NCBI RefSeq assembly: GCF_009557235.1
Contig: NZ_CP045650.1
Span: 210,001-242,000, forward strand
Direction of reading: 5' to 3'
Source of the DNA: Acinetobacter wanghuae
GTDB taxonomy: Bacteria; Pseudomonadota; Gammaproteobacteria; Pseudomonadales; Moraxellaceae
Length of the DNA stretch: 32,000 nucleotides
The notes under the pieces were generated by a model. That model was not told where the DNA came from and did no database searches. It saw only the letters and a list, made by a program, of their open reading frames with translations. Every line of letters begins with the position of its first letter. Positions within the stretch are counted from its first letter, which is position 1. Below, in pieces: positions 1 to 9,280 of this stretch. A program made the translations under genes and the position numbers.

Positions 1-1
1 C

Positions 2-1711
2 CTTGAGTCAATCAAGACCCAGTATAAAACTGCCGTACCAAAGCAGTTTGAGCAAAACTTTAATAATTACTTCGAACAGCATTCTTATCAAAGTGCATCG
101 AAGTATTTGCCGATCGCGCAGAAATCAGAACAACAACAGGCAATTGTCCAACTTAAGGACATGAAAGAAAATTATTTAAAGAACCCGAATGCTTCCGAAC
201 AAGAAGTTTGGAATGGTTTAGCTACATATGGACAATCTAAGAGCCTACCTTTGGCCCATGTTAAAGATGCTTATAACGAATATAAAAATAATCGCTCCAG
301 CAATGATGTGGCTGCATTCTATTTAGGAAATAAGTCGGACAATGAAAAGCTTACTGAACTAACGACTCCTGAAGCTGTAATAGCAAAACATCCCAATTTA
401 ACCCAAGAACAGGCTGTCTACTGGAGTGGTCGTGCACTCACCCAAATGGATCAGAATAAACGTGCGGCTGCCTTGCAGCAAAAGCAGTTAGAAGATGATG
501 CCAAGGATGCTGTTAATGAGATGAAGGCAGACATTGAGACATTACTAATTCCAAGTGAAGCGGTGCTTAAATCCCGTTTAGCGCGTGTTAAAGGGACTGA
601 AAAAGAATCTGAATTTGTCCAGTACAGTGGTGCCTTGGTTGAAGTCCAGCAGTTCATGAAGCTAGGGGCAGATGAACGTGAAGCCTATCTTAGTAAAAGA
701 CGCTCTGAGGCTCAAAATACGGCGCAAGACAATGCTAAAGATGTGAGTTGGAGGTTAAATCTTCTCTCTAAAACGCATGATAATATGCTTGGTTATGAGA
801 AAAATAACTCAGCTTTGGCTTACTCAATTAAGACCGGCCAAGATCTGACGGTAGTACCCACCAATGCAATTTTAAGTGGTAGCCCTGAAGCGATTGCAGC
901 TCTATCCAAAAATATTAAATCTATTCACGCCAACAATATATTAGATGGGACTGTAGGGTCCTTAAATCCTTTCTCTACCCAACAACAATCTGAATTAAAG
1001 CAGTTCTGGGAAAAAGCTAAACCTGGTGACAAGTTAGGTTTACTAACCAGTATTTATAAATCTAGTGCAGGCAATGCCAATGCATCCAGAGACATGATTA
1101 ATAGCATTGCAGGCGAAAGCGGTTCATATCGTTTATCTGCATCACTGAATAACCGTGGCCTGCAAGATATTGCCGGTCAGATCGTTACCGGCCAGGATCT
1201 GATTGAGAAGGGATTAGTCAAAGTAGATGAGAGCGGCTTAACAAAACATACAGAAACGTATTTAGCCGGCATTACTTCACCAGGTAAACCTGACTTTCAA
1301 ATCTATCTGGATTCAATCAAAGCCAACTATGCTTATTTGGTTCAAAAATCTGAAAAGGTCACTGATACAAAGGGCAATATTTTAAATAAAACCATTGATG
1401 AAGAGCTATTTAATAGAGCTGCTAAGAATGTCACAGGCGGTAAATTTACCTCAGGTGGATTCTTTGGGAGTAAGTCGGTAGTACTGCGGCCTCATACTGT
1501 TGGTGAGAAATCATTTCGTGAGCAGCTGGAGACGTTTAACTCTCGTAATGCACGTAACTATGGTGGATCTGATAAAGACTTCTTCTTGGATTTACCTTTG
1601 GAACAAGATCCAAAAAATCCATATGTCTATTACTTCAAGAATGGTACCAAGTACATCATGGATGCCACCGATAAGAAGCGTCAAACACGCTTAACTTTTA
1701 AAGTGAGATGA
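2..1711 (+). CDS. Large phage structural or ejection protein, 5'-truncated by the window edge
   Basis: The reading frame is open from position 2 with no stop upstream of the listed TTG at 107 and no SD there. It ends 8 nt before the next gene. No domain recognised. Confidence 0.7.
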   Translation, partial: LESIKTQYKTAVPKQFEQNFNNYFEQHSYQSASKYLPIAQKSEQQQAIVQLKDMKENYLKNPNASEQEVWNGLATYGQSKSLPLAHVKDAYNEYKNNRSSNDVAAFYLGNKSDNEKLTELTTPEAVIAKHPNLTQEQAVYWSGRALTQMDQNKRAAALQQKQLEDDAKDAVNEMKADIETLLIPSEAVLKSRLARVKGTEKESEFVQYSGALVEVQQFMKLGADEREAYLSKRRSEAQNTAQDNAKDVSWRLNLLSKTHDNMLGYEKNNSALAYSIKTGQDLTVVPTNAILSGSPEAIAALSKNIKSIHANNILDGTVGSLNPFSTQQQSELKQFWEKAKPGDKLGLLTSIYKSSAGNANASRDMINSIAGESGSYRLSASLNNRGLQDIAGQIVTGQDLIEKGLVKVDESGLTKHTETYLAGITSPGKPDFQIYLDSIKANYAYLVQKSEKVTDTKGNILNKTIDEELFNRAAKNVTGGKFTSGGFFGSKSVVLRPHTVGEKSFREQLETFNSRNARNYGGSDKDFFLDLPLEQDPKNPYVYYFKNGTKYIMDATDKKRQTRLTFKVR

Positions 1712-1718
1712 GGTAGAG

Positions 1719-4349
1719 ATGGATTTTTTAGCAGATGATGAATTAACGTTAAATCAGGACGACCCTCGCTTTAAACCTAAAAGTGAGCGCGGTGGACTTG
1801 CTGACGGCGTATTAGGTACTGTTTCCGGTGTTGCTATGGGTACCATTGAGGCAGCTACCGCCCCAGATGCCTTAGTACGTGGTGACAAGAAAGCAGCAGC
1901 TCTAAGAGCGCAAAACCTCGAGATTTTTAAGCCTGATGATTTAGGTGGCATAGGTGAGTTTACCTATGGCCTGACCAAAGACTTTACACGTATTGGCTGG
2001 AACGCCGTCACTACACTAGGTACAGGCGGTGTACCTGGTTTGGCATTGAATTCTGGATTATTCGGGTACCAGACCTTTGAAGCAGAGAAATCAGACTTAC
2101 TTAACAAAGGGGCGGATATAAAAACGGCTCGCACCGGTGGGGCTATTAAAGGGGTTACAGATGCTCTGGGCTTTGCTATTCCTACCCATGGTGTTGCTAA
2201 ATCTGTAGTGGCTGATGCTGTGGCTACTACTGCGCTGGCTACTGGAGCTGGCGTAGCTGGTGATTATCTTGAAGGTTCATTTCTTGAAAACAATGAAAAT
2301 AAGAAAGTCGCTCAATACGGTGAAGCATTAAAGGAAAATGCATTGAGTCCGTCCACATTGGCAGCAAACGGCGGGATGGCCTTGCTACTCAACTTGTGGG
2401 CGAACAAAGGGCGTTTACGGCCAGAGCAGATCAAAGACCATAGTAATGTAGATACCATGAATGATGCGGCTCATATTCAGGCCAACATCGAGCATGCAGA
2501 GGGTACAAATCCATTTAGCCCAACTAATGCTAAAGAAGCCAATTCACACTTTGATGCATTGGATAGTGCAATGGAGAGCGCACTGAATGATGAGCTGGTC
2601 AGCTTAAAAGCACCAGTGAGCGGAACACCTAAAGCAGTCGTAACCAGTACACCAGTGGTACCAATAACAGGTACACCGAAAGCTATCGTAAGACCAGACG
2701 CTATCAATACTGATGAACATAAAGCACCAGTAATAGCGGAGCTTTTGACTAACCCTGTATTTGATAAAAAACCTTGGACAAAAACGATTGTTCAGGAAGC
2801 CTCTAAACGAGGTATTAATCCAGTGGATGCCTTGATCATTTCCCATCTGGAAACTGGTGGTACCTTCAGTACTTCAATCCAGCCAAAAGACAGAAATGGG
2901 GAGTTACTTTCATCGGCCACCGGCTTATTTCAGACTTTGGATAGCACCTTTGCCCGTATGGGAGGTAAGAACAAGTTTGATGGTAATGATCAAATTAAAG
3001 CGGGCTTGAACTACTACGAGCACAATGCCAAGGTTTTCCGCAGCCACTTTAATCGAGATCCGAATGGCCTAGAACTTTACTATCTGCATTTCTTTGGTGA
3101 GGGTGGTGGACCAGTCTTTTTGAAAGCCAAAGATAATGAGCTTTTTGTTGATGTGGCCACACGCTGGAGTAAAGGAAACCAGAAGAAGACTGCAAGACAG
3201 ATTGCAGAAGGCATTACCTCAAGCCACCAATTCAATGGTATGACTGTTGGGCAGGTAAAGGCCAAATACGAAAAGCGCTGGAACGATATAGCTAAACTTT
3301 ATGGTGATGTCGGTTCACAAAATGCAGCACATCCTACCGAAGTCCGAGGGAGCGAATCAGAGTTCCCACAGTTTGAGTCTGATATAACTGCACCACCTGC
3401 TTACAAGTCCCAATCTGATGCTGAAGTTGAAGCAATGCCTTTTGTACTCAGTGCAGATGAGCATAGTGTGAAGTCACTCCAGGAAGAGTTTGAAGCCCTA
3501 TCTTCTCCATTGACTAAAGAGGATCTGGAATACCTCAAGGCTACGGCGCATTATCAGTATTCTGAAGGTGGTGCTTATCGAACGCCGTATGTTGAACCTC
3601 AGGTCGATTTATCTGGCCCTGGTAATAGTGCCAGTCGTAATTTGGATACATTGGACTCTGATCTTTACCAGCTTGAGCCAGAACAACAACGCGTTATTCT
3701 TCCAGATCCAGAATCGAACACTTTAGATATCAATACCAGAACATCAGGTTCAAATATTCCGCAAAACTCAATTGTTGATGGTGTAGACAATTGGACCCCG
3801 ACCAGATCGCAAAACTACCTTAAACGAGAGCGGTCAATGGATGATGGGGGGATTATTCAAGAACTACACAATAGTACTTCTAATACGACCTTCCAGCGCC
3901 AGATTAATCAGGATGGCACCATTAGCCCGGTAAAGGCTACACGTAATGGAAATGATCTATTTGCCCATCCTGCTAATGGTAAAGCCGATAGTCCTGAATT
4001 AACTGCAGTACAGCATAAAGCTACCCAGGCATTAGAACGGGAGTTCTGGAAACCTAGCAAGTCCAAGGTTGATGGTGCACCGGACTTAACCAAGTCTAGC
4101 AAAGGTGAATACGGTGCATTCACTGACACGGCAGACGGTAGGGAAGCGGTTTCAATTCTGGAAGCAGATCCCGATATGGAAGTGACTTTTACGCGCCTGG
4201 ATGAAAACGGGAATGAAGAAATTGTGACGATGTCATCCCGAGATCTATTGGACTATGTCAAAGAGCAAGAAGAAATCGCAAAAGATGAAATTCAGGCAGT
4301 GAAAGCATTGGCAAGCTGCGCATTAAGATTTGGGAGTGAAGCAGCATGA
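1719..4349 (+). CDS. Internal virion or ejection protein with a central lytic transglycosylase (SLT) domain
   Basis: GAGG RBS before the ATG. Residues about 355-445 (nt about 2781-3053) read ...ISHLETGG...ATGLFQ...YY..., the SLT pattern, with the candidate catalytic Glu at 2850-2852. Confidence 0.8.
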   Translation: MDFLADDELTLNQDDPRFKPKSERGGLADGVLGTVSGVAMGTIEAATAPDALVRGDKKAAALRAQNLEIFKPDDLGGIGEFTYGLTKDFTRIGWNAVTTLGTGGVPGLALNSGLFGYQTFEAEKSDLLNKGADIKTARTGGAIKGVTDALGFAIPTHGVAKSVVADAVATTALATGAGVAGDYLEGSFLENNENKKVAQYGEALKENALSPSTLAANGGMALLLNLWANKGRLRPEQIKDHSNVDTMNDAAHIQANIEHAEGTNPFSPTNAKEANSHFDALDSAMESALNDELVSLKAPVSGTPKAVVTSTPVVPITGTPKAIVRPDAINTDEHKAPVIAELLTNPVFDKKPWTKTIVQEASKRGINPVDALIISHLETGGTFSTSIQPKDRNGELLSSATGLFQTLDSTFARMGGKNKFDGNDQIKAGLNYYEHNAKVFRSHFNRDPNGLELYYLHFFGEGGGPVFLKAKDNELFVDVATRWSKGNQKKTARQIAEGITSSHQFNGMTVGQVKAKYEKRWNDIAKLYGDVGSQNAAHPTEVRGSESEFPQFESDITAPPAYKSQSDAEVEAMPFVLSADEHSVKSLQEEFEALSSPLTKEDLEYLKATAHYQYSEGGAYRTPYVEPQVDLSGPGNSASRNLDTLDSDLYQLEPEQQRVILPDPESNTLDINTRTSGSNIPQNSIVDGVDNWTPTRSQNYLKRERSMDDGGIIQELHNSTSNTTFQRQINQDGTISPVKATRNGNDLFAHPANGKADSPELTAVQHKATQALEREFWKPSKSKVDGAPDLTKSSKGEYGAFTDTADGREAVSILEADPDMEVTFTRLDENGNEEIVTMSSRDLLDYVKEQEEIAKDEIQAVKALASCALRFGSEAA

Positions 4350-6874
4350 GAGCTGAATGTAGAGAACAAGTTGCAAAGGCATTAGGTAAAAGAAAATTAA
4401 GTGCAGCTGATAGTAATCGTATTTCATCACTGTATATCCGGGCACAAAATACTCTAGCCAGAACAGATCCTGATTGGATGTTTAAAAGTCCTGCTGAACG
4501 TGCTGAAGCGATTGCGCAGAAAACTGCTACGGATCTCGCCGTCCAGATCGCTAAGAACAATCAGAACATTGCCCGGGATGCGATTCTCAAAGCCCAACTG
4601 CAGAACGAAATCTATAACCATCCTAAATTAAATCCGGTCCAAGCTTTAATGCGGAAGATTGCATACTTCTCGGATCAGAGTGGTATCCAGTCCATAGAGA
4701 AACAATCTCAAGCATTGCATAGCCGCTGGATGTCATTGGTTGCAGATGTGTTTACCAAGACACAAGAGCGCTTTGGTATGTCAGTGAACAAGGCAATGAC
4801 TGACGACATTATCCGGGTCATGTTTGGTGGCAAATCTGATAATCCAGAAATTACTGCGATGGCCAAGGAAGTAAGTGCAGCCCTGGAGGAAATACGTTTA
4901 GCCTTCAACCGGGCTGGTGGGAATATCAAGAAGCTCGATAACTTTGGCTTTATGACATCGCATGACCAAAAGAAGGTAGCTTTAACGGATCAAGCGGAAT
5001 GGGTAAATGATACTTTAAAAGGAGTAGATAGAAACCAGTACGTTAAAGAGACTGGTGAGTTGATGGATGAGCTGGAGCTTAAATCCATGCTCGAGGAGAT
5101 TTATAAAACGATTTCAACCAACGGCGCCAACAAAGACTTACTGATACTGAATAAACAGGCCAAAGCAGGTACATCACCTGTAGGTGGTCGTTCAAAGATG
5201 GCAAATCGCCACCAGGAATCACGTGCTTTGCATTTCAAGGATGGTGATGCATGGCTGGCATATCAAAAGAAATATGGAACTTATGATGAAGCAGGGTTTC
5301 ATGAGATTCTGAAAAACCATACTCACCGCATGAGTACAGAAGTGGCCATGATGCAGAACCTTGGGTCCAATCCTCGTCATACCTTTGAGTCGTTATTGGA
5401 TGAAGCCAAGATCAAACTGAAAGCAGATCCACAGAATGGTATGAAACATGGTGAGATTGATAAGCAGGCGCACAGGGCCATGTCGATGTATAACACCCTA
5501 GATGCTAATACCAGAGCGATTGATTCAACCTTAGGTAACGTTATGGGTGGCCTACGTGCCTTAATGGTTGCATCTAAATTGGGTGGTACCACGCTGACGA
5601 CCTTTGGCGACCATGCCAGCATGAAGAAAGTGGCTAATATGTTGGGCCTGTCTTATACCAAATCGATCCTCCCTGAATACATGAAGCAATTGAAACAGGG
5701 TGCCACACGTGATGAAGCATTGCGGTTTGGCCTTGGCATTAACGAAATGGCCGGTTCAATGACTCGTTTTGGTGATGCTGATATTGTCAGCAGTGCTACC
5801 AAGTCAGGCCGCTTTAATGCACGTATGCAGGCTTTTGCTGCAACGACTATGAAACTATCAGGACTGAACGCCGTCACTGCAGGAGCGAAACGAGCGCTTA
5901 ATCTGGTGCATATGAATAAGCTTGCTGAAATGACCCGTAAAACGGATTGGAAGGATCTTGGTGCAGATGATCTTAAGATCTTACAGGGGAATGGTATTAC
6001 CGAGCGTGACTGGCAGTTATGGCAGCAGCTGGAGCCAAGTAAACGTGAAGATGGGACGGCGGTACTGACTCAGAATGATTTCTTTAATGCACCAGATGAT
6101 GTGATTAAGCAGTTCTTGCCACTGGACAAGCAGGACAATGCTAATGCACTGGCTGACTTCCGGTATAAAGCTGCTATGAAATACCAGACTCATCTATTTA
6201 ACGAGGAGTCAGTCGCTATTATTGAAGCAGGTGTACGTGAACGTAGCATCATTAACTTAGGCGAAGCTGGAACCATCCAAGGGGAATTAGGCCGAACCTT
6301 ATTCCAGTTCAAAGGCTTCCCATTGGCTTATATGTTCCGTATTGGTCATCGTGCCTTTGCCCAGGGAGATATTAAGAGTCGGGTGACGTTCCTAGCTTCG
6401 CTACTGGCTTATCAAACTTTAGCAGGTGCATTGATCGTTCAGACTCAGAACTTGGCCAATGGTAAGAATCCAGAGCCGGTATTTACGATTGATTTCTTTG
6501 GTAAGTCACTTCTTAAAGGTGGCGGGCTTTCCTTCCTGGGGGACATCATGTCTGCACTTTCAGATCCAACTGGTCGAAGTGCATCAGACTTTATCAGTGG
6601 CCCATTATTAGGCCAAAGCATGAAGCTGGGTATGCTGCTAACTGGTATGGGTAACAACATCATCGAGGGGAAAGAATCTACCCGGATGATGGAAGTGGCC
6701 AATACCCTGAAGAGTAATATTCCATTGCAGAATCTTTGGTACAGTAAGCTGGTCGTAGATCGAATGCTGTATTCCAAAATGCAGAATATGATTGATCCTG
6801 ATTATTTACCGAGAACACAGCAGCGCCTGGAGAACTTAGGTAATAGTTACTGGTGGGATTTATCAGAAGAATAA
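4346..6874 (+). CDS. Large phage protein (842 aa), putative internal virion or DNA-ejection protein with a hydrophobic C-terminal part
   Basis: ATGA start/stop overlap with the upstream gene and a GGGAG RBS. Followed by an intrinsic terminator. No domain recognised. Confidence 0.7.
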   Translation: MRAECREQVAKALGKRKLSAADSNRISSLYIRAQNTLARTDPDWMFKSPAERAEAIAQKTATDLAVQIAKNNQNIARDAILKAQLQNEIYNHPKLNPVQALMRKIAYFSDQSGIQSIEKQSQALHSRWMSLVADVFTKTQERFGMSVNKAMTDDIIRVMFGGKSDNPEITAMAKEVSAALEEIRLAFNRAGGNIKKLDNFGFMTSHDQKKVALTDQAEWVNDTLKGVDRNQYVKETGELMDELELKSMLEEIYKTISTNGANKDLLILNKQAKAGTSPVGGRSKMANRHQESRALHFKDGDAWLAYQKKYGTYDEAGFHEILKNHTHRMSTEVAMMQNLGSNPRHTFESLLDEAKIKLKADPQNGMKHGEIDKQAHRAMSMYNTLDANTRAIDSTLGNVMGGLRALMVASKLGGTTLTTFGDHASMKKVANMLGLSYTKSILPEYMKQLKQGATRDEALRFGLGINEMAGSMTRFGDADIVSSATKSGRFNARMQAFAATTMKLSGLNAVTAGAKRALNLVHMNKLAEMTRKTDWKDLGADDLKILQGNGITERDWQLWQQLEPSKREDGTAVLTQNDFFNAPDDVIKQFLPLDKQDNANALADFRYKAAMKYQTHLFNEESVAIIEAGVRERSIINLGEAGTIQGELGRTLFQFKGFPLAYMFRIGHRAFAQGDIKSRVTFLASLLAYQTLAGALIVQTQNLANGKNPEPVFTIDFFGKSLLKGGGLSFLGDIMSALSDPTGRSASDFISGPLLGQSMKLGMLLTGMGNNIIEGKESTRMMEVANTLKSNIPLQNLWYSKLVVDRMLYSKMQNMIDPDYLPRTQQRLENLGNSYWWDLSEE

Positions 6875-6879
6875 AATTA

Positions 6880-6899
6880 GGAGCTTCGGCTCCTTTTTT
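6880..6899 (+). terminator. Rho-independent terminator of the late operon
   Basis: GGAGC-TTCG-GCTCC followed by TTTTTT, starting 6 nt after the stop codon at 6872-6874. Confidence 0.8.
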
Positions 6900-6986
6900 A
6901 ATTTTTAGATTACTATGTTGTATTGATATTTATAAATAGCCAAAATTCAACATCAAATGATGTGATGAGACAATTAAGGGGGAAAT

Positions 6987-7451
6987 ATGATTGGTAGAGT
7001 TTTACCCATATTACTTTTAGGGTATTCAACAGTAGCTTTAGCAGAAAATGGATTTGATCGCTCGTTAATCAATGCCAAGATAATCAATGAGAAATATGAA
7101 ATTATTGATATTGATAGCTTTAACGATCTTACTCGTCAAATCACCAATGAAGTAGTTTCGACGTTACCTAGAAAAGTTGATGCTGATACAGAGCTATTAA
7201 CCATGGTGTTAAGCAGACCTTTAATTTCTCAGACTTATGCGCTAAGAGATATTGAAACTAAAAAGGATTTATCGGAAAAAATAGATTTGGAAAAGTTTAG
7301 TCAATTAATTAGAAATTACGCTTGTTCCTCAGCTATTGGCACTTCTCAAGTTTATAGGGTAAATGGCACTCATTTTTCCTTTAAAGTGATTAATAGTGAT
7401 TTTATGGAACTTTACAGCTATACATTCCCACTAAGAACATGTGAAGAATGA
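6987..7451 (+). CDS. Secreted hypothetical protein (cargo or moron)
   Basis: AAGGGGGA RBS. N-terminal signal peptide MIGRVLPILLLGYSTVALA/EN. Two Cys. AT-rich. Confidence 0.65.
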   Translation: MIGRVLPILLLGYSTVALAENGFDRSLINAKIINEKYEIIDIDSFNDLTRQITNEVVSTLPRKVDADTELLTMVLSRPLISQTYALRDIETKKDLSEKIDLEKFSQLIRNYACSSAIGTSQVYRVNGTHFSFKVINSDFMELYSYTFPLRTCEE

Positions 7452-7526
7452 ATGTGAAATACAATTCAAAGTTGCAGTTATTGCTGAATAGCTTGATTAG
7501 TATGACTACACTTTGAGGAATAATTG

Positions 7527-7748
7527 ATGACCTTATATATCTCAACACCTGAGTTATTAAAGCGCTATGGAATTACTAAAGGTACTTTGATCAGCTGGCG
7601 AAATAAAAAGAACTTTCCTGAACCAGTGATTAAAGCGCATGGACGTTCCAGTAGTCGTTACGGGATCAAAGCTGTCGATACCTGGGAAAGAGAAAGTGGC
7701 TTGCTTGACTCACTTGAAATACAGCCTCTGATAACATCGCATACATAA
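7527..7748 (+). CDS. AlpA/excisionase-family HTH DNA-binding protein
   Basis: GAGGA RBS 7 nt before the ATG at 7527 (the track starts at the TTG at 7524). The pattern ...YGITKGTLISWRNKKNFPEPV...V..W matches the AlpA-type HTH. Confidence 0.65.
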   Translation: MTLYISTPELLKRYGITKGTLISWRNKKNFPEPVIKAHGRSSSRYGIKAVDTWERESGLLDSLEIQPLITSHT

Positions 7749-7775
7749 TCTTAGTAGAAAAAGGAATTTCACATC

Positions 7776-8207
7776 ATGAAGAAGATAATAGCTTTCTCTC
7801 TAATGAGTCTTATAAGCTCAGTGGCTTTGGCTACCCCAATTACACTTCAGCATTCTAAGACCAGCTATGTGAACTCAGGGATCTGTTCCGCCGTGGTGGA
7901 TGTGACTATCCATGATTTTCTTGGGACCTATGACAAACTGTATTTAGACCTGGTGGCAAAGGACAAATCCGGCAGAGTGCAAGGGACTTCTGAGAATGTA
8001 ATAACCTACGGCGATATACAAAACCTTCAAGGTAAAGCATTTGGAAATATTTTTCTTGAATCGGAAACGATGTGCGGAGCGGATCGCACCTGGACAGTTC
8101 AGGTTAAGCGCGCCGTCTTGGTCGTAGATGGTAAAAGAGAAGATCTACTGAAGGCCAAGAAAGTTCATATTGATGATTTTCAGCCTATGAGAATAGTAGC
8201 TAAATAA
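7776..8207 (+). CDS. Secreted hypothetical protein (cargo or moron)
   Basis: AAGGAA RBS. Signal peptide MKKIIAFSLMSLISSVALA/TP with no lipobox Cys. Two Cys in the mature part. Confidence 0.65.
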   Translation: MKKIIAFSLMSLISSVALATPITLQHSKTSYVNSGICSAVVDVTIHDFLGTYDKLYLDLVAKDKSGRVQGTSENVITYGDIQNLQGKAFGNIFLESETMCGADRTWTVQVKRAVLVVDGKREDLLKAKKVHIDDFQPMRIVAK

Positions 8208-8278
8208 CAGACTGATTAATAATTCTTGAATACATAGATTAAATTTTACTCATGTCTACCGTTACACAGCCGGAAACT

Positions 8279-8344
8279 GTGCGTTTCTGACATTTTTACC
8301 GTCCGTTTCTGACATTTTTACTGTGCGTTTCATACTTTTTCTAA
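8279..8344 (+). repeat. Three tandem 22-bp direct repeats
   Basis: GTGCGTTTCTGACATTTTTACC / GTCCGTTTCTGACATTTTTACT / GTGCGTTTCATACTTTTTCTAA at 8279, 8301 and 8323. Confidence 0.9.
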
Positions 8345-8403
8345 AAGCGTTACTGAGCAAAATCTAAAATATTTTGCATGAAGCAGTAGTGCTAGATTTG
8401 TTT

Positions 8404-8514
8404 TACCTTGATGTACCTTGATGAAATGGGATTTCCTTAAAATAGAGGTAAATCTTACTGTATATAGCTTTGAAGCTGTTTTGATGGTCTCTCTACTGGT
8501 GGCTTATCAAGGTA
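8404..8514 (+). repeat. TACCTTGATG x2 in tandem, plus one inverted copy
   Basis: Direct copies at 8404-8413 and 8414-8423. ATCAAGGTA, the reverse complement of TACCTTGAT, lies at 8506-8514. Confidence 0.85.
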
Positions 8515-8548
8515 ATTCAATTAAACGCCGTAGAGAATAATTTAAGGC

Positions 8549-8594
8549 CGTTTTGCTGTACGTACTGATACGGATTTTGCTAGACGTACCTAGA
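8549..8594 (+). repeat. Two imperfect tandem units of about 23 bp (..TTTTGCT..ACGTAC..)
   Basis: CGTTTTGCTGTACGTACTGATA followed by CGGATTTTGCTAGACGTACCTAGA. The second unit also contains CTAGAC-GTAC-CTAGAC. Confidence 0.7.
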
Positions 8595-8602
8595 CAGAAT
8601 AG

Positions 8603-8631
8603 GGGGTGTAATCACCCCATTTATCCTTTTT
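8603..8631 (+). terminator. Possible + strand terminator (GC hairpin with a T-rich tail)
   Basis: GGGGTG-TAAT-CACCCC followed by ATTTATCCTTTTT. It is the first such structure downstream of the gene ending at 8207. Confidence 0.4.
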
Positions 8632-8681
8632 GCGAAACAAACCCTATGAAAGAGGTGTTTTTGCCTAATTAGACTGCACCG

Positions 8682-8700
8682 ATCTAAAGCAATCTAAAGC
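8682..8700 (+). repeat. ATCTAAAGC x2 direct repeat
   Basis: ATCTAAAGC-A-ATCTAAAGC. Confidence 0.85.
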
Positions 8701-8873
8701 TGTTTATTCTATTGTCATGATTTCCGTGATAGTTGAATCTGCATGGTTATCTTGACCATTCAGCTACTGGGTTGGTGTTGGCCAGGTGGTATTCCTTTTC
8801 ACTACACTTAAAGTGTGGTTAGCGTTCCAAGAGTTTTCGGATCGGGACCACTTCCCCCACTGGGGGATATGAG

Positions 8874-9263
8874 CAAAATTGCGTTGGTTAATGAACTACG
8901 AAACTTTCGTAGTAGGACGGCGCAAAATTGCGTCCACCTACACGCGCGCGTAGTTGTTCCGAAACCTGAGTTTTCCGTAATAGACCAGCGAAAAATTGCG
9001 TTGGTTAATGAACTACGAAACTTTCGTAGTAGGACGGCGCAAAATTGCGTCCACCTACACGCGCGCGTAGTTGTTCCGAAACCTGAGTTTTCCGTAATAG
9101 ACCAGCGAAAAATTGCGTTGGTTAATGAACTACGAAACTTTCGTAGTAGGACGGCGCAAAATTGCGTCCACCTACACGCGCGCGTAGTTGTTCCGAAACC
9201 TGAGTTTTCCGTAATAGACCAGCGAAAAATTGCGTTGGTTAATGAGCTACGAAACTTTCGTAC
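8874..9263. repeat. Perfect 117-bp tandem array, about 3.3 copies, with a further orphan motif at 9340-9356
   Basis: GCGTTGG recurs at 8881, 8998, 9115 and 9232, a period of exactly 117. Each unit carries the 17-nt palindrome CTACGAAACTTTCGTAG, the 10-nt palindrome ACGCGCGCGT and two copies of AAAATTGCGT. Confidence 0.95.
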
Positions 9264-9280
9264 AGTCACCAGTATGGGTA

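Noticed and set aside
8874-9263. CRISPR array
   Set aside because: The repeats are contiguous 117-bp units with no unique spacers between them. The unit is far longer than a CRISPR repeat, and there are no cas genes or leader in the window.
8874-9263. Template and variable repeats of a diversity-generating retroelement
   Set aside because: There is no reverse transcriptase gene in the window. The copies are identical apart from one change, rather than showing adenine-specific divergence, and they are not at the 3' end of a target gene.
8874-9263. Type III toxin-antitoxin (ToxI-like) repeat RNA
   Set aside because: No toxin ORF follows the array on either strand. From memory, known antitoxin repeat units are far shorter than 117 nt, and I found no promoter or terminator framing the array.
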